A stretch of DNA of 64,000 bases, taken from positions 1,728,001 to 1,792,000 of the forward strand of contig OZ240211.1 of NCBI GenBank assembly GCA_965197525.1. The letters run 5' to 3'. A program made the position numbers and the translations under genes. How positions within the stretch are numbered: position 1 is the first letter of the stretch; the number at the start of each line of letters is the position of its first letter. The notes below the pieces were generated by a model, which saw nothing but the letters and a program-made list of their open reading frames with translations, was not told where the DNA came from and searched no databases. This DNA comes from Nitrosopumilus sp. (GTDB lineage Archaea; Thermoproteota; Nitrososphaeria; Nitrososphaerales; Nitrosopumilaceae). This document shows, piece by piece, positions 48,714-59,010 of the stretch.

Positions 48714-50866
48714 AAATAAAGAGACTAGCACTACCTAGTACGGCAGTTGATTTTTTACTATCGCAAGGTTTTCAAGAGTTGTATCCTCCTCAGGCAGACA
48801 GTGTCAAGTCTGGACTTTTAAATGGACAGAGTCTCATGGTGTCTGCTCCTACTGCAAGCGGAAAGACGCTGATTGCAATGCTTGCAATACTTGGTTTTTT
48901 GTCAGGGCGTTCCTCAAAAAAGGACTCTGATGGAAACTATGGCAAAGTTGTTTATCTTAGCCCATTACGCGCGCTAGCTGCTGAAAAGTTTGCCGAGTTT
49001 AAAAAATTAGAGAAACTTGATTTAAAAAACAAGGCCAAAGTTGCAATCTCAACTGGTGATTTTGAGAATATTGAAAGAAAGTTACAAAATAGCAACATAT
49101 TGGTTTTAACCAATGAAAAAATGGACTCTATTATCAGGCATAACACTTCATGGATTGAAGATATCAGGCTTGTGATCTCAGATGAGATACATCTCATAGG
49201 GGACGAGACTCGAGGCCCTACACTTGAGATGATACTCACACAACTCAAACTACTAGATACAAGACCTCAGATCGTAGGTCTTAGTGCAACAATTACCAAC
49301 TCTAACAAGATAGCTACATGGCTTGGCTGTAAACTAGTCAAAAGTGATTGGAGACCTGTCCCGCTATTTGAAGGCGTATGTAGCGGAGGTACAGTCAAGA
49401 TGAGTGATGGCACCACATTTCCAGTAAAATCCACACTGCAAGGCATGCCTGTTGATTTGGGAGTGCAATCAGTAAAACAAGGAGGCCAATCCCTGATCTT
49501 TGCATCGACTCGACCCAGATCTAAATCTCTTGCAACCAAGGCATCTAGTGGGATATCCTCTACACTTGACGAAAACGAAACTGTTCTGCTATCTAACATC
49601 TCTAAAAAAATCCTTGCTGATAATGAACATACAGAGACTGTTAAAACTCTGGCATTACTTGTAACAAAGGGAGTTGCATTTCATCATGCAGGATTAAATC
49701 AAAAATGCAGGGAAATAATTGAGATAGAATTTCGTAAAGGAACACTAAAATTGTTAGCATCTACACCTACTTTGGCTGCAGGTGTAAATCTTCCTGCAAG
49801 ACGGGTTGTTATATCTACCATTAGTAGATACGATGTCAAAGCTGGCATAAATGCCCCTATCAGTGTTCTAGAATACAAGCAATTGTGTGGACGTGCGGGC
49901 AGGCCACAATATGATGATTATGGAGAATCAATCATTGTTGCAGGAACAAGACCTGTAAGCCATTTAATGAAATACTACATTAACGGAAAAGCAGAGCCAG
50001 TCGAATCTAAAATTTTTGAGGATAAATCCCTGCGCACTCACACACTCAGTGTAATAGTCACACACCCCGGAATTAAAAAAGATGAAATTTTGGAATTTTT
50101 TTTGCAGACATTTGGTGGTACTCAATCACGCAAATCTACACTAAAGTTTGCAGTCAACTTGTCCTTGCGTTTTTTGTCTTCTTCTGGCTTAATACTTGAA
50201 AAAGGTTCAAGGTACGCTGCCACCAGATTTGGAAAAAAGACATCCATGCTGTACATTGATCCCTTGACAGCTACCGAGTTCCGAGATGCCCTGAGTACGG
50301 TATCCTCAAAACAAAGACATACGCTGGGATTCTTGCACCTCATTACAGGATGTAGTGAGTTTTTTCCTAAATTTGGACTCAGAGAACGAGATTATGATAC
50401 TGCTAGTGTCCTCATAGAGAATCATCGCATAGAACAGATAGGACTCATATCAGAGTATGACTGTTCTCGAAGTCTGTTGGCTCTATATGCGTGGATTACT
50501 GAATCAAGTGAGGTATTCCTTGCCGATACCTTGGGTATCGAGTCAGGTGACATGCATAGAATGACTGAAAACGCTAACTGGCTTTTATACTGTCTTCGAG
50601 AGATAGCAAAATACACCAAAAAAACAGAGTTGCTTGACGAGTTTGATGATTTACAGAAACGGGTATCTTATGGCGTCAAAGAAGAGCTAGTTGATCTAGT
50701 ACGAGTCAAAGGGATAGGAAGGGTTAGGTCTAGGATTCTCTTCAAACACGGAATACGTGATCTTGATATTTTACGAAAAGTTCCTGTCAGCAGGTTGGCC
50801 AAGATTGACAAAATTGGCTCGACTATTGCAGCTAATATAAAAGCAGAATTACGAAAGGTTAGGTAA
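48710..50866 (+). CDS. hel308: Hel308/Ski2-like SF2 helicase
   Basis: APTASGKT, DEIH, GLSAT, FHHAGL, TLAAGVNLP, GRAGRP, C-terminal HhH (VKGIG). Confidence 0.95.
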   Translation: MKIKRLALPSTAVDFLLSQGFQELYPPQADSVKSGLLNGQSLMVSAPTASGKTLIAMLAILGFLSGRSSKKDSDGNYGKVVYLSPLRALAAEKFAEFKKLEKLDLKNKAKVAISTGDFENIERKLQNSNILVLTNEKMDSIIRHNTSWIEDIRLVISDEIHLIGDETRGPTLEMILTQLKLLDTRPQIVGLSATITNSNKIATWLGCKLVKSDWRPVPLFEGVCSGGTVKMSDGTTFPVKSTLQGMPVDLGVQSVKQGGQSLIFASTRPRSKSLATKASSGISSTLDENETVLLSNISKKILADNEHTETVKTLALLVTKGVAFHHAGLNQKCREIIEIEFRKGTLKLLASTPTLAAGVNLPARRVVISTISRYDVKAGINAPISVLEYKQLCGRAGRPQYDDYGESIIVAGTRPVSHLMKYYINGKAEPVESKIFEDKSLRTHTLSVIVTHPGIKKDEILEFFLQTFGGTQSRKSTLKFAVNLSLRFLSSSGLILEKGSRYAATRFGKKTSMLYIDPLTATEFRDALSTVSSKQRHTLGFLHLITGCSEFFPKFGLRERDYDTASVLIENHRIEQIGLISEYDCSRSLLALYAWITESSEVFLADTLGIESGDMHRMTENANWLLYCLREIAKYTKKTELLDEFDDLQKRVSYGVKEELVDLVRVKGIGRVRSRILFKHGIRDLDILRKVPVSRLAKIDKIGSTIAANIKAELRKVR

Positions 50867-51859
50867 TTGACCGAGCTCATAATCCCTGCTGTAGTCTCAT
50901 GCACTGTTGCATTTGTTCTAGTATTCTTGATGACACCCAAACTAATCACATTTTTAGAGCAAAGAAATTTTACAGTCAAAGATATAAACAAGAAAGGAGA
51001 CGTCATGGTTGCAAGGCCGGGCGGCCTATCTATCATTGCAGGAATAGTCGCATCAGAGATAGCACTGTATGTGTTTTTACCACTAACTGAAATACTGGCA
51101 GTGACTGCTACAACTTTTGGTGCGTTTGTAGTTGGGTATATTGACGATAGACGAGTAATGGGCGGCTGGTTCAAACCCATTGCATTGGCAATTACTGCAT
51201 TTCCAATCATGCTACTTGGTACATATGACACCAATCTTGCGTTTCCGTTATTTGGAACGGTACAAATTCCTGTGTTGTATATTGGATTGATAGTCGCAAT
51301 GATAGTAATTACTGGAAATACGATTAACTCTATTGATGTTCTAAATGGTGTCGCTAGTAGCTTTATGGTAGTTGCAAGTTTTACTTTATCTATCTGTTTA
51401 TTTATTGTACAAAACTACGAAATTGCAATAATCAGTCTACCGCTTGGTTTTGTCTCACTTGCTTTTTACCGGTATCACAAGAACCCCAGTAGAATCTTCC
51501 CTGGTGATTCAGGAGCGCTGGCATTGGGTGCCATGTATGGTGCCATAGCTATTGTAGGTGGTGTGGAAGTTATTGCAGCTGTGGCTTTGCTACCTGCCAT
51601 CATCAACTCTTTTTTATTTTTGGCAAGTGTCAAAAAAATTGTAGAACATCGACAACTAAAAGTAAAACCAGTAGAACATACTGCAGATTTTAAATTAAAG
51701 GCAACAAACCAAAAGACGCGTGTTACTCTACTTAGATTAATCCTTGCAATATCTGGATCATTAACTGAAAGTCAGGCATGTTATGCGATCTTTCGACTGG
51801 CAATATTTTCTGGAATCTTGGCAGTGATTACCGCATTTATGATAGGTGTGCGCATTTGA
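50867..51859 (+). CDS. glycosyltransferase family 4 (MraY/GPT-like UDP-GlcNAc:polyprenyl-phosphate transferase)
   Basis: Multi-TM; GYIDD, NTINSIDVLNG, IFPGDSG. Confidence 0.92.
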   Translation: MTELIIPAVVSCTVAFVLVFLMTPKLITFLEQRNFTVKDINKKGDVMVARPGGLSIIAGIVASEIALYVFLPLTEILAVTATTFGAFVVGYIDDRRVMGGWFKPIALAITAFPIMLLGTYDTNLAFPLFGTVQIPVLYIGLIVAMIVITGNTINSIDVLNGVASSFMVVASFTLSICLFIVQNYEIAIISLPLGFVSLAFYRYHKNPSRIFPGDSGALALGAMYGAIAIVGGVEVIAAVALLPAIINSFLFLASVKKIVEHRQLKVKPVEHTADFKLKATNQKTRVTLLRLILAISGSLTESQACYAIFRLAIFSGILAVITAFMIGVRI

Positions 51860-52092
51860 AGGCTCGTATCTATCTATTTCTCTTTGCAATGTGGATTCTG
51901 ATACTTTTAGGTGGTGGTATTGCAGTCATGATTCTTGGTCCTATATCATTTTCTGGATTCGGATCTGATTCTGTTGATTTGTATGTTACATCAGTTATCA
52001 AAGCAGTCATAGCTATAGTTCTAGTTATAATCTGGATCTTGATTTTATCGAAACTAAAGAACTGGATCTTTAGAAGAGAGATTGGACACTAA
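51856..52092 (+). CDS. small 2-TM membrane protein
   Basis: TTG at 51856 overlaps the upstream stop; two hydrophobic helices. Confidence 0.75.
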   Translation: MKARIYLFLFAMWILILLGGGIAVMILGPISFSGFGSDSVDLYVTSVIKAVIAIVLVIIWILILSKLKNWIFRREIGH

Positions 52093-52160
52093 CTGCCATA
52101 CATGAATATCTGTTTCTTATCGTAGTCTTCCCTACTGATCTCTGTGCTATCGTCTGCAAC

Positions 52161-53610
52161 GGTTCTGTAACATCTTCGAGTGGTTCTATTACCATTTAAT
52201 CTCAACCCTGTTTCACCTGCGGGCAAAGAATACCTCGATCACTTGACTTTGACATATCGACTATTCGGATTACCGGTGTGCTAGGTTCCGTCATCGCCGG
52301 CTCAAAAGTGCCAGACTGCGCTTCATCTATGTCACCTCTACTACCCCTAAACCTAGGGGGCAGCTTGCGTGATATGTTCATGGCAGCGATGATATCCCTG
52401 TCCATAAACAAACCGCAATTATTACACGACAATTTACGATGTTGTTGCATGTCCTCTTGGAGTCTCTTTCCGCATTGCGGACACTGCGTGCTCGTGTTTC
52501 TTGGGTCTACAAATTTGACTGGTAGCCCGACCCATTGGGCTTTGTATTCTATTTGGCGTTGTAATTCAAAGAATTGCCAGCCGTTCAATCTACGTCTGTA
52601 CTTGTTACCTTGACCGTTTCCTTTCTTGTAGAGTTTCCTGATTCCTTTTAGGTTTTCTAAAACGATCACGGCTTTGTTCTTGACTGCGTTGTCTACTATA
52701 TCCTTTGAGATTCTGTGTATGTACTGCTTTGTACGGTTTTGTATTCTTCTCTGTTTTTGTTTCCAGAATTGACTTTTTTTTCTGCGATCATTTCTGCAGA
52801 AACCGGATCTGGCGTGTATTGTATTCTCTTTGATTGACAGTAACTTGTTTGTCTTGTAGACTGTCACCTCTTCCTCGTTCCCACACGTGACGTTTCTGAG
52901 GTTTCTGTCTATTCCTAATTTCTTGGTGCACTCTATCTCTTTTACTTCCTTGGAAATACAAAGACTGATGTTCAAGGCAGTCAATGAAAACGAACGCACT
53001 GCCAAGGCGGGATCAGACAGTATTTTTTGGGTGTGTGAGTTTAACAGGATGTTTATGGGGTTTCTGTTTTTGTATGGGATTGTAAGTAGTGTACCGTTGT
53101 GTTTTATGCCGTAACAGTTTGTCATAAAGGGATTTTTGACTTTTGGGTCTCTTACTCTGACACCACGTTTTACTGACTGTTTTCTGTTTGCCAATACTCC
53201 AGCAGCCCGTGATATTGCATTGAGTTTGTATGAAGATAGGATGTCATAGTCTATTAGTTCATGATAACACAACATAGACAACTGCTTCATATTGTGAGTG
53301 TCTTCCTTTAACCCTATCTTGATACACCGGTTAACCATATCCGTGAATACGCTCATCATATCCATCAGGTCAGAGTTTGGTGTGTATTTTTGTGCTATTG
53401 ACTTTGTTGCCTTCAACAGCTATCCTATGATTTAGAAGTAATTAATTCTAGTGGCTGTCTGACAGTATGCACTCAGGTCTGGTGTCTGCGTAGGTGCAAA
53501 AAACGTAGCATCCTGTAAAATCACATCTAGAAACGAATGAGATCTGAGTGCTTACGTCTGACGATTGAGACTTAATATCTTGTTTTACCACTCGAAGATG
53601 TTATAGAACC
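52161..53610 (-). mobile_element. non-autonomous tnpB-carrying element with 24-bp TIRs
   Basis: GGTTCTGTAACATCTTCGAGTGGT (52161-52184) versus ACCACTCGAAGATGTTATAGAACC (53587-53610): 23/24 inverted match. Flanks TCTGCAAC (52153-52160) and TCTACAAC (53611-53618). Confidence 0.8.
52202..53416 (-). CDS. tnpB: TnpB RNA-guided endonuclease
   Basis: RuvC-I LGIDRNL, RuvC-II IVLENLKGI, Zn finger CPQC/CNNC, RuvC-III DRDIIAAMNI; full length, 404 aa. Confidence 0.95.
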   Translation of the reverse strand: MKATKSIAQKYTPNSDLMDMMSVFTDMVNRCIKIGLKEDTHNMKQLSMLCYHELIDYDILSSYKLNAISRAAGVLANRKQSVKRGVRVRDPKVKNPFMTNCYGIKHNGTLLTIPYKNRNPINILLNSHTQKILSDPALAVRSFSLTALNISLCISKEVKEIECTKKLGIDRNLRNVTCGNEEEVTVYKTNKLLSIKENTIHARSGFCRNDRRKKSQFWKQKQRRIQNRTKQYIHRISKDIVDNAVKNKAVIVLENLKGIRKLYKKGNGQGNKYRRRLNGWQFFELQRQIEYKAQWVGLPVKFVDPRNTSTQCPQCGKRLQEDMQQHRKLSCNNCGLFMDRDIIAAMNISRKLPPRFRGSRGDIDEAQSGTFEPAMTEPSTPVIRIVDMSKSSDRGILCPQVKQG

Positions 53611-53690
53611 TCTACAACTAAGAGATCCCGCATCTTTGCATTCTCTCTAATCCTTGTTCTATCAAACATCAAACTAATGACTCTCATCAC

Positions 53691-53960
53691 TTACAAGTGC
53701 CACGGTTTCCCGCTTTTGACTATCTTTTCAGGCAGCTTTGCTTTATTATTTTTTAAAAATTCCATCTCTTGCCTCTTGTCTCGTAGCTCGTCTGGTAGCA
53801 TGATTGGGATCTCTTCAATAATTGGATAAAATCTGGAACACTTTGTACAAAACAATGAACCCGTTGATATCGTATCCTTGTTCTCATTTATGGCAAATAG
53901 TTCTAATGGATGATTTTTGTCAATCGGGCATGCCAAGATATCAATCATTGTTTTGTTCAT
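53691..53960 (-). CDS. Trm112-like protein
   Basis: DILACPIDK...LFCTKCSRFYPIIEEIPIML. Confidence 0.9.
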   Translation of the reverse strand: MNKTMIDILACPIDKNHPLELFAINENKDTISTGSLFCTKCSRFYPIIEEIPIMLPDELRDKRQEMEFLKNNKAKLPEKIVKSGKPWHL

Positions 53961-54934
53961 TTCAGACTCAGATAAATTGGACTTCCTTTCTGACTAGATA
54001 AAAGTGCAGCTTCGGCAATTTTTATGACGTTTAGCGCTTCTTGTGGTTTTACTATACCATCATGCTCTTTTCTCTGTTCTTTCTCTTTTATTGCATCAAG
54101 AAAATTCTGTATCTGTGATAGTAGCGATTCTTGCTGTTTGGCACCGTCATCATCCTCTGTTACCTCTATTGTATAATCACTATCTTTGCCTTTTTTTTCT
54201 ACAGTTATTTTTTGACTGATAAGATCAGATGATATTACTGCATCAGTGCACACTGCCCTCAACTTGCTAGTTTTTTTTGGCGCAATCCAGTTTGATGATA
54301 TCACTGCGATTCTGTCATCTTTGTATCCCAACATGATGCTTGACAGATCTTCACTTGTGTGTTTTATCTTGCCAGTCCTTGCAAATACCACGTATGGCAT
54401 ATCCCCAAAGAGCCAATTTGCAGTATCAATGTCCTGGCCTGATGTATCATGGATGATTCTTGCATCTTTTATGTGCAAAGGCGCCTTCTCTTCTCGATGA
54501 AATTCTAACATGACTAGACTGCCAAATCCCTCTTCTGCGATAATCTTTTTTACAGTGTTTACTGCAGGGTTGAACCGTTCAATATACCCGCATGTTAAAA
54601 TCACCTTGTTTTTTTCTGCTAGTTTGACTAGTCTTTGGCCTTGGTTTGGTTGATATGTCATTGGCTTTTCTACAAAGACATGTTTTCTTGCATAGAGCAA
54701 CTCTTCGACAACGTCCGCATGCGTTGTTGTGGAAGTTACTACAAATGCAGCGTCAAACTCCTCTGATCTTTGCAATTCTTCTAATGAATTGTAATGATTT
54801 ACAGAATATCTTTCTCCACACTCTTTGCTTTTTTGAGAATCAATATCACAAACAGCGCTTAAAACACCCAATTGTGACAAAATTCTTGCATGATTTTCCC
54901 CACATTGCCCAACTCCAATTTGCACTATATTCAT
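53957..54934 (-). CDS. Gfo/Idh/MocA-family oxidoreductase
   Basis: IGVGQCGENH, HVFVEKP, GYIERFNP. Confidence 0.92.
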   Translation of the reverse strand: MNIVQIGVGQCGENHARILSQLGVLSAVCDIDSQKSKECGERYSVNHYNSLEELQRSEEFDAAFVVTSTTTHADVVEELLYARKHVFVEKPMTYQPNQGQRLVKLAEKNKVILTCGYIERFNPAVNTVKKIIAEEGFGSLVMLEFHREEKAPLHIKDARIIHDTSGQDIDTANWLFGDMPYVVFARTGKIKHTSEDLSSIMLGYKDDRIAVISSNWIAPKKTSKLRAVCTDAVISSDLISQKITVEKKGKDSDYTIEVTEDDDGAKQQESLLSQIQNFLDAIKEKEQRKEHDGIVKPQEALNVIKIAEAALLSSQKGSPIYLSLK

Positions 54935-55846
54935 CTAATACACCTGAGTTAACCAATGCGCATAGTCATCGTTTTTACCCATTACAATTTCTGTGTATAT
55001 ATCCATCAGTCTTTTCGTCACACTTCCTACTTTGCCATTATTTATAGTCAAACCATCCACTGAAATTACGGGGACTATCTCTGCTGCCGTTCCTGTCAAA
55101 AATATCTCATCTGCAATTCCCAATTCACTTCGTGAGATATCTCTTTCAACCATATCAATATCCAAATCTTTTGCAATCTTAGTTACAGCATCCTTTGTAA
55201 TTCCTTGTAGGGCAGACGATGCTAATGTGGGTGTTATCATCTGCGTATCGCTTACAACAAAAATATTCTCACCTGACGCTTCACTGACATTTCCGTTATG
55301 GTCTAGTAAAATTGCCTCATCGACGCCATTTCTCTTTGCTTCTTGGGTGGCTATGACAGAATTTAGATAATTTCCTCCCATCTTTGCTTGTGTAGGGGCA
55401 GAACTATCTGAAAATTTTCTCCATGAACTAACTGCCGTTGTTATTCCTCTCTTGTCAAACAAATCTCCAAGCAACATAACCGTAATTACAACATTTATTG
55501 GCGATTTGCCAGTTACATGTAGACTTATTCCATTATCCCCTACAAAATAAAATGGCCTGATGTAGCATGATTCTACAATCTTGTTTTTTTTACAAGTGTT
55601 TATTATTGCACTAGCCATTTGTTGATCTGAATATTGTAACTCCATATCGTAATACTGCCCTGATCTTCTGAATCTTTTTAGGTGCTCATCTAATCTGAAT
55701 ATGTTGAGGTTTTCCCCATTCCAATATCCTCTTATCCCCTCAAACGCTGATGTTCCATACTGGATTGCGTGCGTTGTAACTGGAACTCTAGCTTTTTCTG
55801 CCAAGATAAATTTCCCGTTAAACCACACATATTTTGAGAGTTTCAC
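54935..55846 (-). CDS. ilvE: branched-chain amino acid aminotransferase
   Basis: YGTSAFEGIR, AKMGGNY, EASGENIF, LQGIT, FLTGTAAE. Confidence 0.95.
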   Translation of the reverse strand: MKLSKYVWFNGKFILAEKARVPVTTHAIQYGTSAFEGIRGYWNGENLNIFRLDEHLKRFRRSGQYYDMELQYSDQQMASAIINTCKKNKIVESCYIRPFYFVGDNGISLHVTGKSPINVVITVMLLGDLFDKRGITTAVSSWRKFSDSSAPTQAKMGGNYLNSVIATQEAKRNGVDEAILLDHNGNVSEASGENIFVVSDTQMITPTLASSALQGITKDAVTKIAKDLDIDMVERDISRSELGIADEIFLTGTAAEIVPVISVDGLTINNGKVGSVTKRLMDIYTEIVMGKNDDYAHWLTQVY

Positions 55847-56052
55847 AGAAAACTTTTATGAACCGTCTATTAATCTATTTTCAATTATTATTATTCATAT
55901 TCTTAGCTACTAGTAATACGGAAAAATTATTCTGTCATTTGCATATCATAATTAATAAAATTAAAACAAAAACTCTGAAATTAGTTATTTCTATAATTTA
56001 TCTTCTCTTTCTCTCTTTAACCTAGATGTTTTCTACTAACCACAATTCAAAA

Positions 56053-56658
56053 TTAATCCTTTGACCATCCTTCTTTGGGGAACTTCATTCCTATCACTCT
56101 TCTAGTTCTATCCTCAATCTTTGCAAATTTTTCTACCGTCTTCCAGTCTTCTTCGATTATCTTTACAATCTTTTCAGGCACATCTTCTCTCCAAGTAGAC
56201 TCTTTTTGAAGTGCAGCCTCGTACAATTTTCCTTTAACTGATGCTGCAGACAGTGATTTTCTCTCTCCTATTTTTGGTTTTAGGCCATATGCCTTTAGCA
56301 TATATCCTTCTGCTTTGTCTCCTGTGTATGAGAAGAATTCCCCTTTTACTCCCTGAAGAATCTGCTTTCTTAATTTCCATGATTTAGGCGCAATCAGCGG
56401 AGGCAAATATCTTTTAAACGGTGCCATGAATGCGTAATCGTCTGTAATCTCTATCGAATCTTCAAATACTGCCACTAGCATCTTTTTTCTAGTTTCAAAA
56501 TTAAATGGAAAGCTTTTACTGTTAATCTCTCTTTGACCATCTCTGAATACTACCGGCATTACTTTTACGGTATCTGCTTGTTTCTTTAGCTCAGAGATAA
56601 TCTCAACATGTGCATTGGTTAATGGGTTTAGGTGTGCAAGGTATAGTGCTGTAGTCAA
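56053..56658 (-). CDS. HIGH-superfamily nucleotidyltransferase (NMNAT/cytidylyltransferase-like)
   Basis: HLNPLTNAH motif, FPFNFETR, SAASVK. Confidence 0.75.
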   Translation of the reverse strand: MTTALYLAHLNPLTNAHVEIISELKKQADTVKVMPVVFRDGQREINSKSFPFNFETRKKMLVAVFEDSIEITDDYAFMAPFKRYLPPLIAPKSWKLRKQILQGVKGEFFSYTGDKAEGYMLKAYGLKPKIGERKSLSAASVKGKLYEAALQKESTWREDVPEKIVKIIEEDWKTVEKFAKIEDRTRRVIGMKFPKEGWSKD

Positions 56659-56737
56659 TTACATCAACTAGAATATATCATCTATTTCAATGGTTAATTT
56701 TCTTTCTGAGACGATGTGATAATAGCAATCATCATCA

Positions 56738-57583
56738 TCATCCATACGATTCATCTTTGACTTCAAAACTACCATCTTCGCGTTTGTTGTGTTCTGTGAT
56801 AAATCCTTTTGGATTCAAAAAGTCCATTACACCATCAATTGTTCCCTGCCAACCACAAACATAGAATATTGTATTCTCTTTTGTTATCTTGTCTCCAATT
56901 AACTCTTCAAGTGGGGTTACTCCGCCATCTCTTGGCCTGAGGAATGTTTCAACTCTTCCTACTTGACCTGCCCATGATCTGTTAAACCATTCTTGAGGTC
57001 TGCTAATTGCAGCCCTATACTTAAAGTTCCATTCATCTTTACCTCTAGCAATACTCTCATTCTCAAGCTCCGTCAGCAAGTCTTTGTAACTTAGCTCATC
57101 AACATAACTTGCACCATGCAAAACTATTATCTCCCGCTTGTCATTTATAGCATGAAGGTGTTGAGCAAAGCTTACAAATGGTGCAAGGCCTGTTCCCCCT
57201 CCGATACAGATCATTCGTCTGTCGTCTTTTTTGCCATTTGGTAACTCTTCATTAATTAATAATGCCCTGCCAGTAGGCTTTAGCCAAAGAATCTCGTCTC
57301 CTTCTTTTGCATTAAATATCTGTGTAGTCAGTCTACCTGGAAGTGGTTTTCTTACCCATCTGATTACCAGCTCTACGTAATCCCTATTTTCTGGATGGGA
57401 TGCAATTGAATACGCACGTCTGACTATCTTTCCGCCCTCTTCAGGATTTGGTAGTCCCAGTGTGATGAATTGTCCTGCCTTGTACTCTGGAACCGGACCG
57501 TCCTTTGGGACAATTCGTATAATTACGAGATCTTCCTTTAACAGTTGAACATAAGTGACAGTTGCCTTGTTATCTACTACCAT
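56738..57583 (-). CDS. ferredoxin-NADP+ reductase
   Basis: YKAGQF, RRAYSIAS, GGTGLAPF, FYVCG, ESYG end. Confidence 0.92.
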   Translation of the reverse strand: MVVDNKATVTYVQLLKEDLVIIRIVPKDGPVPEYKAGQFITLGLPNPEEGGKIVRRAYSIASHPENRDYVELVIRWVRKPLPGRLTTQIFNAKEGDEILWLKPTGRALLINEELPNGKKDDRRMICIGGGTGLAPFVSFAQHLHAINDKREIIVLHGASYVDELSYKDLLTELENESIARGKDEWNFKYRAAISRPQEWFNRSWAGQVGRVETFLRPRDGGVTPLEELIGDKITKENTIFYVCGWQGTIDGVMDFLNPKGFITEHNKREDGSFEVKDESYG

Positions 57584-58648
57584 AACGATTGAATCAATCT
57601 ATTCACGTTTAAATATATTGTGTTAGCTGATGTCATGACCTTTTCTTGTCTTGGCGATTCTTTTATCAATTGAACGTAGCAAAATCTGACAGTATTTGAT
57701 CATTTTAACGTTTTAGTGGCATCTATTTGAGGCATTGTGGGTTAATGTCATCTAGTCAACTACATCTTCATTTGACTGCGTTTGATTCTAGGAATTGTTT
57801 GCTGTTCTATGTGAGAAATGCCGGTAAGAGATCCCATCACCATCACCATACAATAAATTATTCTCGATAATTTCAGGTATTTAGATCAACCTAAACTACG
57901 TTATCACAAATTAAGACATGCCAAATAATCGCTTTATGGTGATGGTTATTTCACAAACCTCGAATAGTTCAAAATTATTGAGTAGTTGTTGACGTCATAA
58001 ACAATGTTAACGCAACTTGCACACAGTTGATTTAAATTTACTTGTAAATGCTGATAAAATCTGTCAAGGAATATTAATGATAAATCTCATTATCCTACCA
58101 TTTGAATATTTCATATGCAAATATGTCAATCTGTGAACAACTATACACCAATGCATTCTTTTAGAATTAAATCCCTATACACAAATTGTTTACAACATAT
58201 CAAATAGTCTATGCACTGTCTAAAAAACAGAGTTTGATAATCTGAATAAAAACATCATCATCTTCAATCAAATCATTTCAGAGCTCGTATAACAATCAAA
58301 TAACTTTTTGTACATTTTATTCTGAGATTTGATTATTGTAATATTCGTGTATATCTTCACTGTTCTTGGTTGTACAACTTTTTTTTTTGCCTTTACATCC
58401 ATTTTGACGAAAACTCCAAAAAATCCATACATGTTACATATTACTTTATATCTAAAAACTAGTCAGTTCATATAATGATGTCTACTACTCATCATCCTAA
58501 AAACTGTTTGACGTATCGTTAATTTAATAAAACAAACTATTCTGCAAATTTGACTAGCATCTTGTCACGTTATCCTATGTTTTCCCATGATCGCTAAACG
58601 TTAATAACCAATTTTGAGCACTTTAATTTAATCAGAATTCTGATTATT

Positions 58649-58722
58649 GGGCCGGTCGTCTAGTCTGGTAGGATAGGTGCATGGCATGCATCGGATCGAG
58701 GGTTCAAATCCCTTCCGGTCCA
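58649..58722 (+). tRNA. tRNA-Ala(GGC)
   Basis: GGGCCGG/CCGGTCC-A; anticodon arm GGTGC-ATGGCAT-GCATC; GGTTCAAATCC. Confidence 0.95.
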
Positions 58723-58977
58723 TTTTCAACAATATTCTTTTATGGTTATGCTGTTTCTAGAACATTATTCACATATTCAAATAGAATAACTGTGTGGCAG
58801 GCATGAGTCAACTTGAAACTACAACACTCAAAGATGTTCGGTGCATTCACTGTATAACGTTAAGACACTGACTAGAGATTCTGACGGTCTAATTCTATAA
58901 CCTATGTTTGGATGGATTTTTGGTGCTTATCTTTTTTTATGTGCAATTTAATATATAAATAGATAAATTTGTCTAAA

Positions 58978-59010
58978 ATATAAATATACTGCATACAAGT
59001 ATATTTATAT
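58978..59010. promoter_or_regulatory. perfect 13-bp inverted repeat over the promoter/start of the AbiE-like operon
   Basis: ATATAAATATACT-GCATACA-AGTATATTTATAT, overlapping the ATG at 59009. Confidence 0.65.

Noticed and set aside
52202-53416. TnpB as a nuclease-dead TldR-type repressor
   Set aside because: All three RuvC acidic residues (D, E, D) and the zinc finger are intact.
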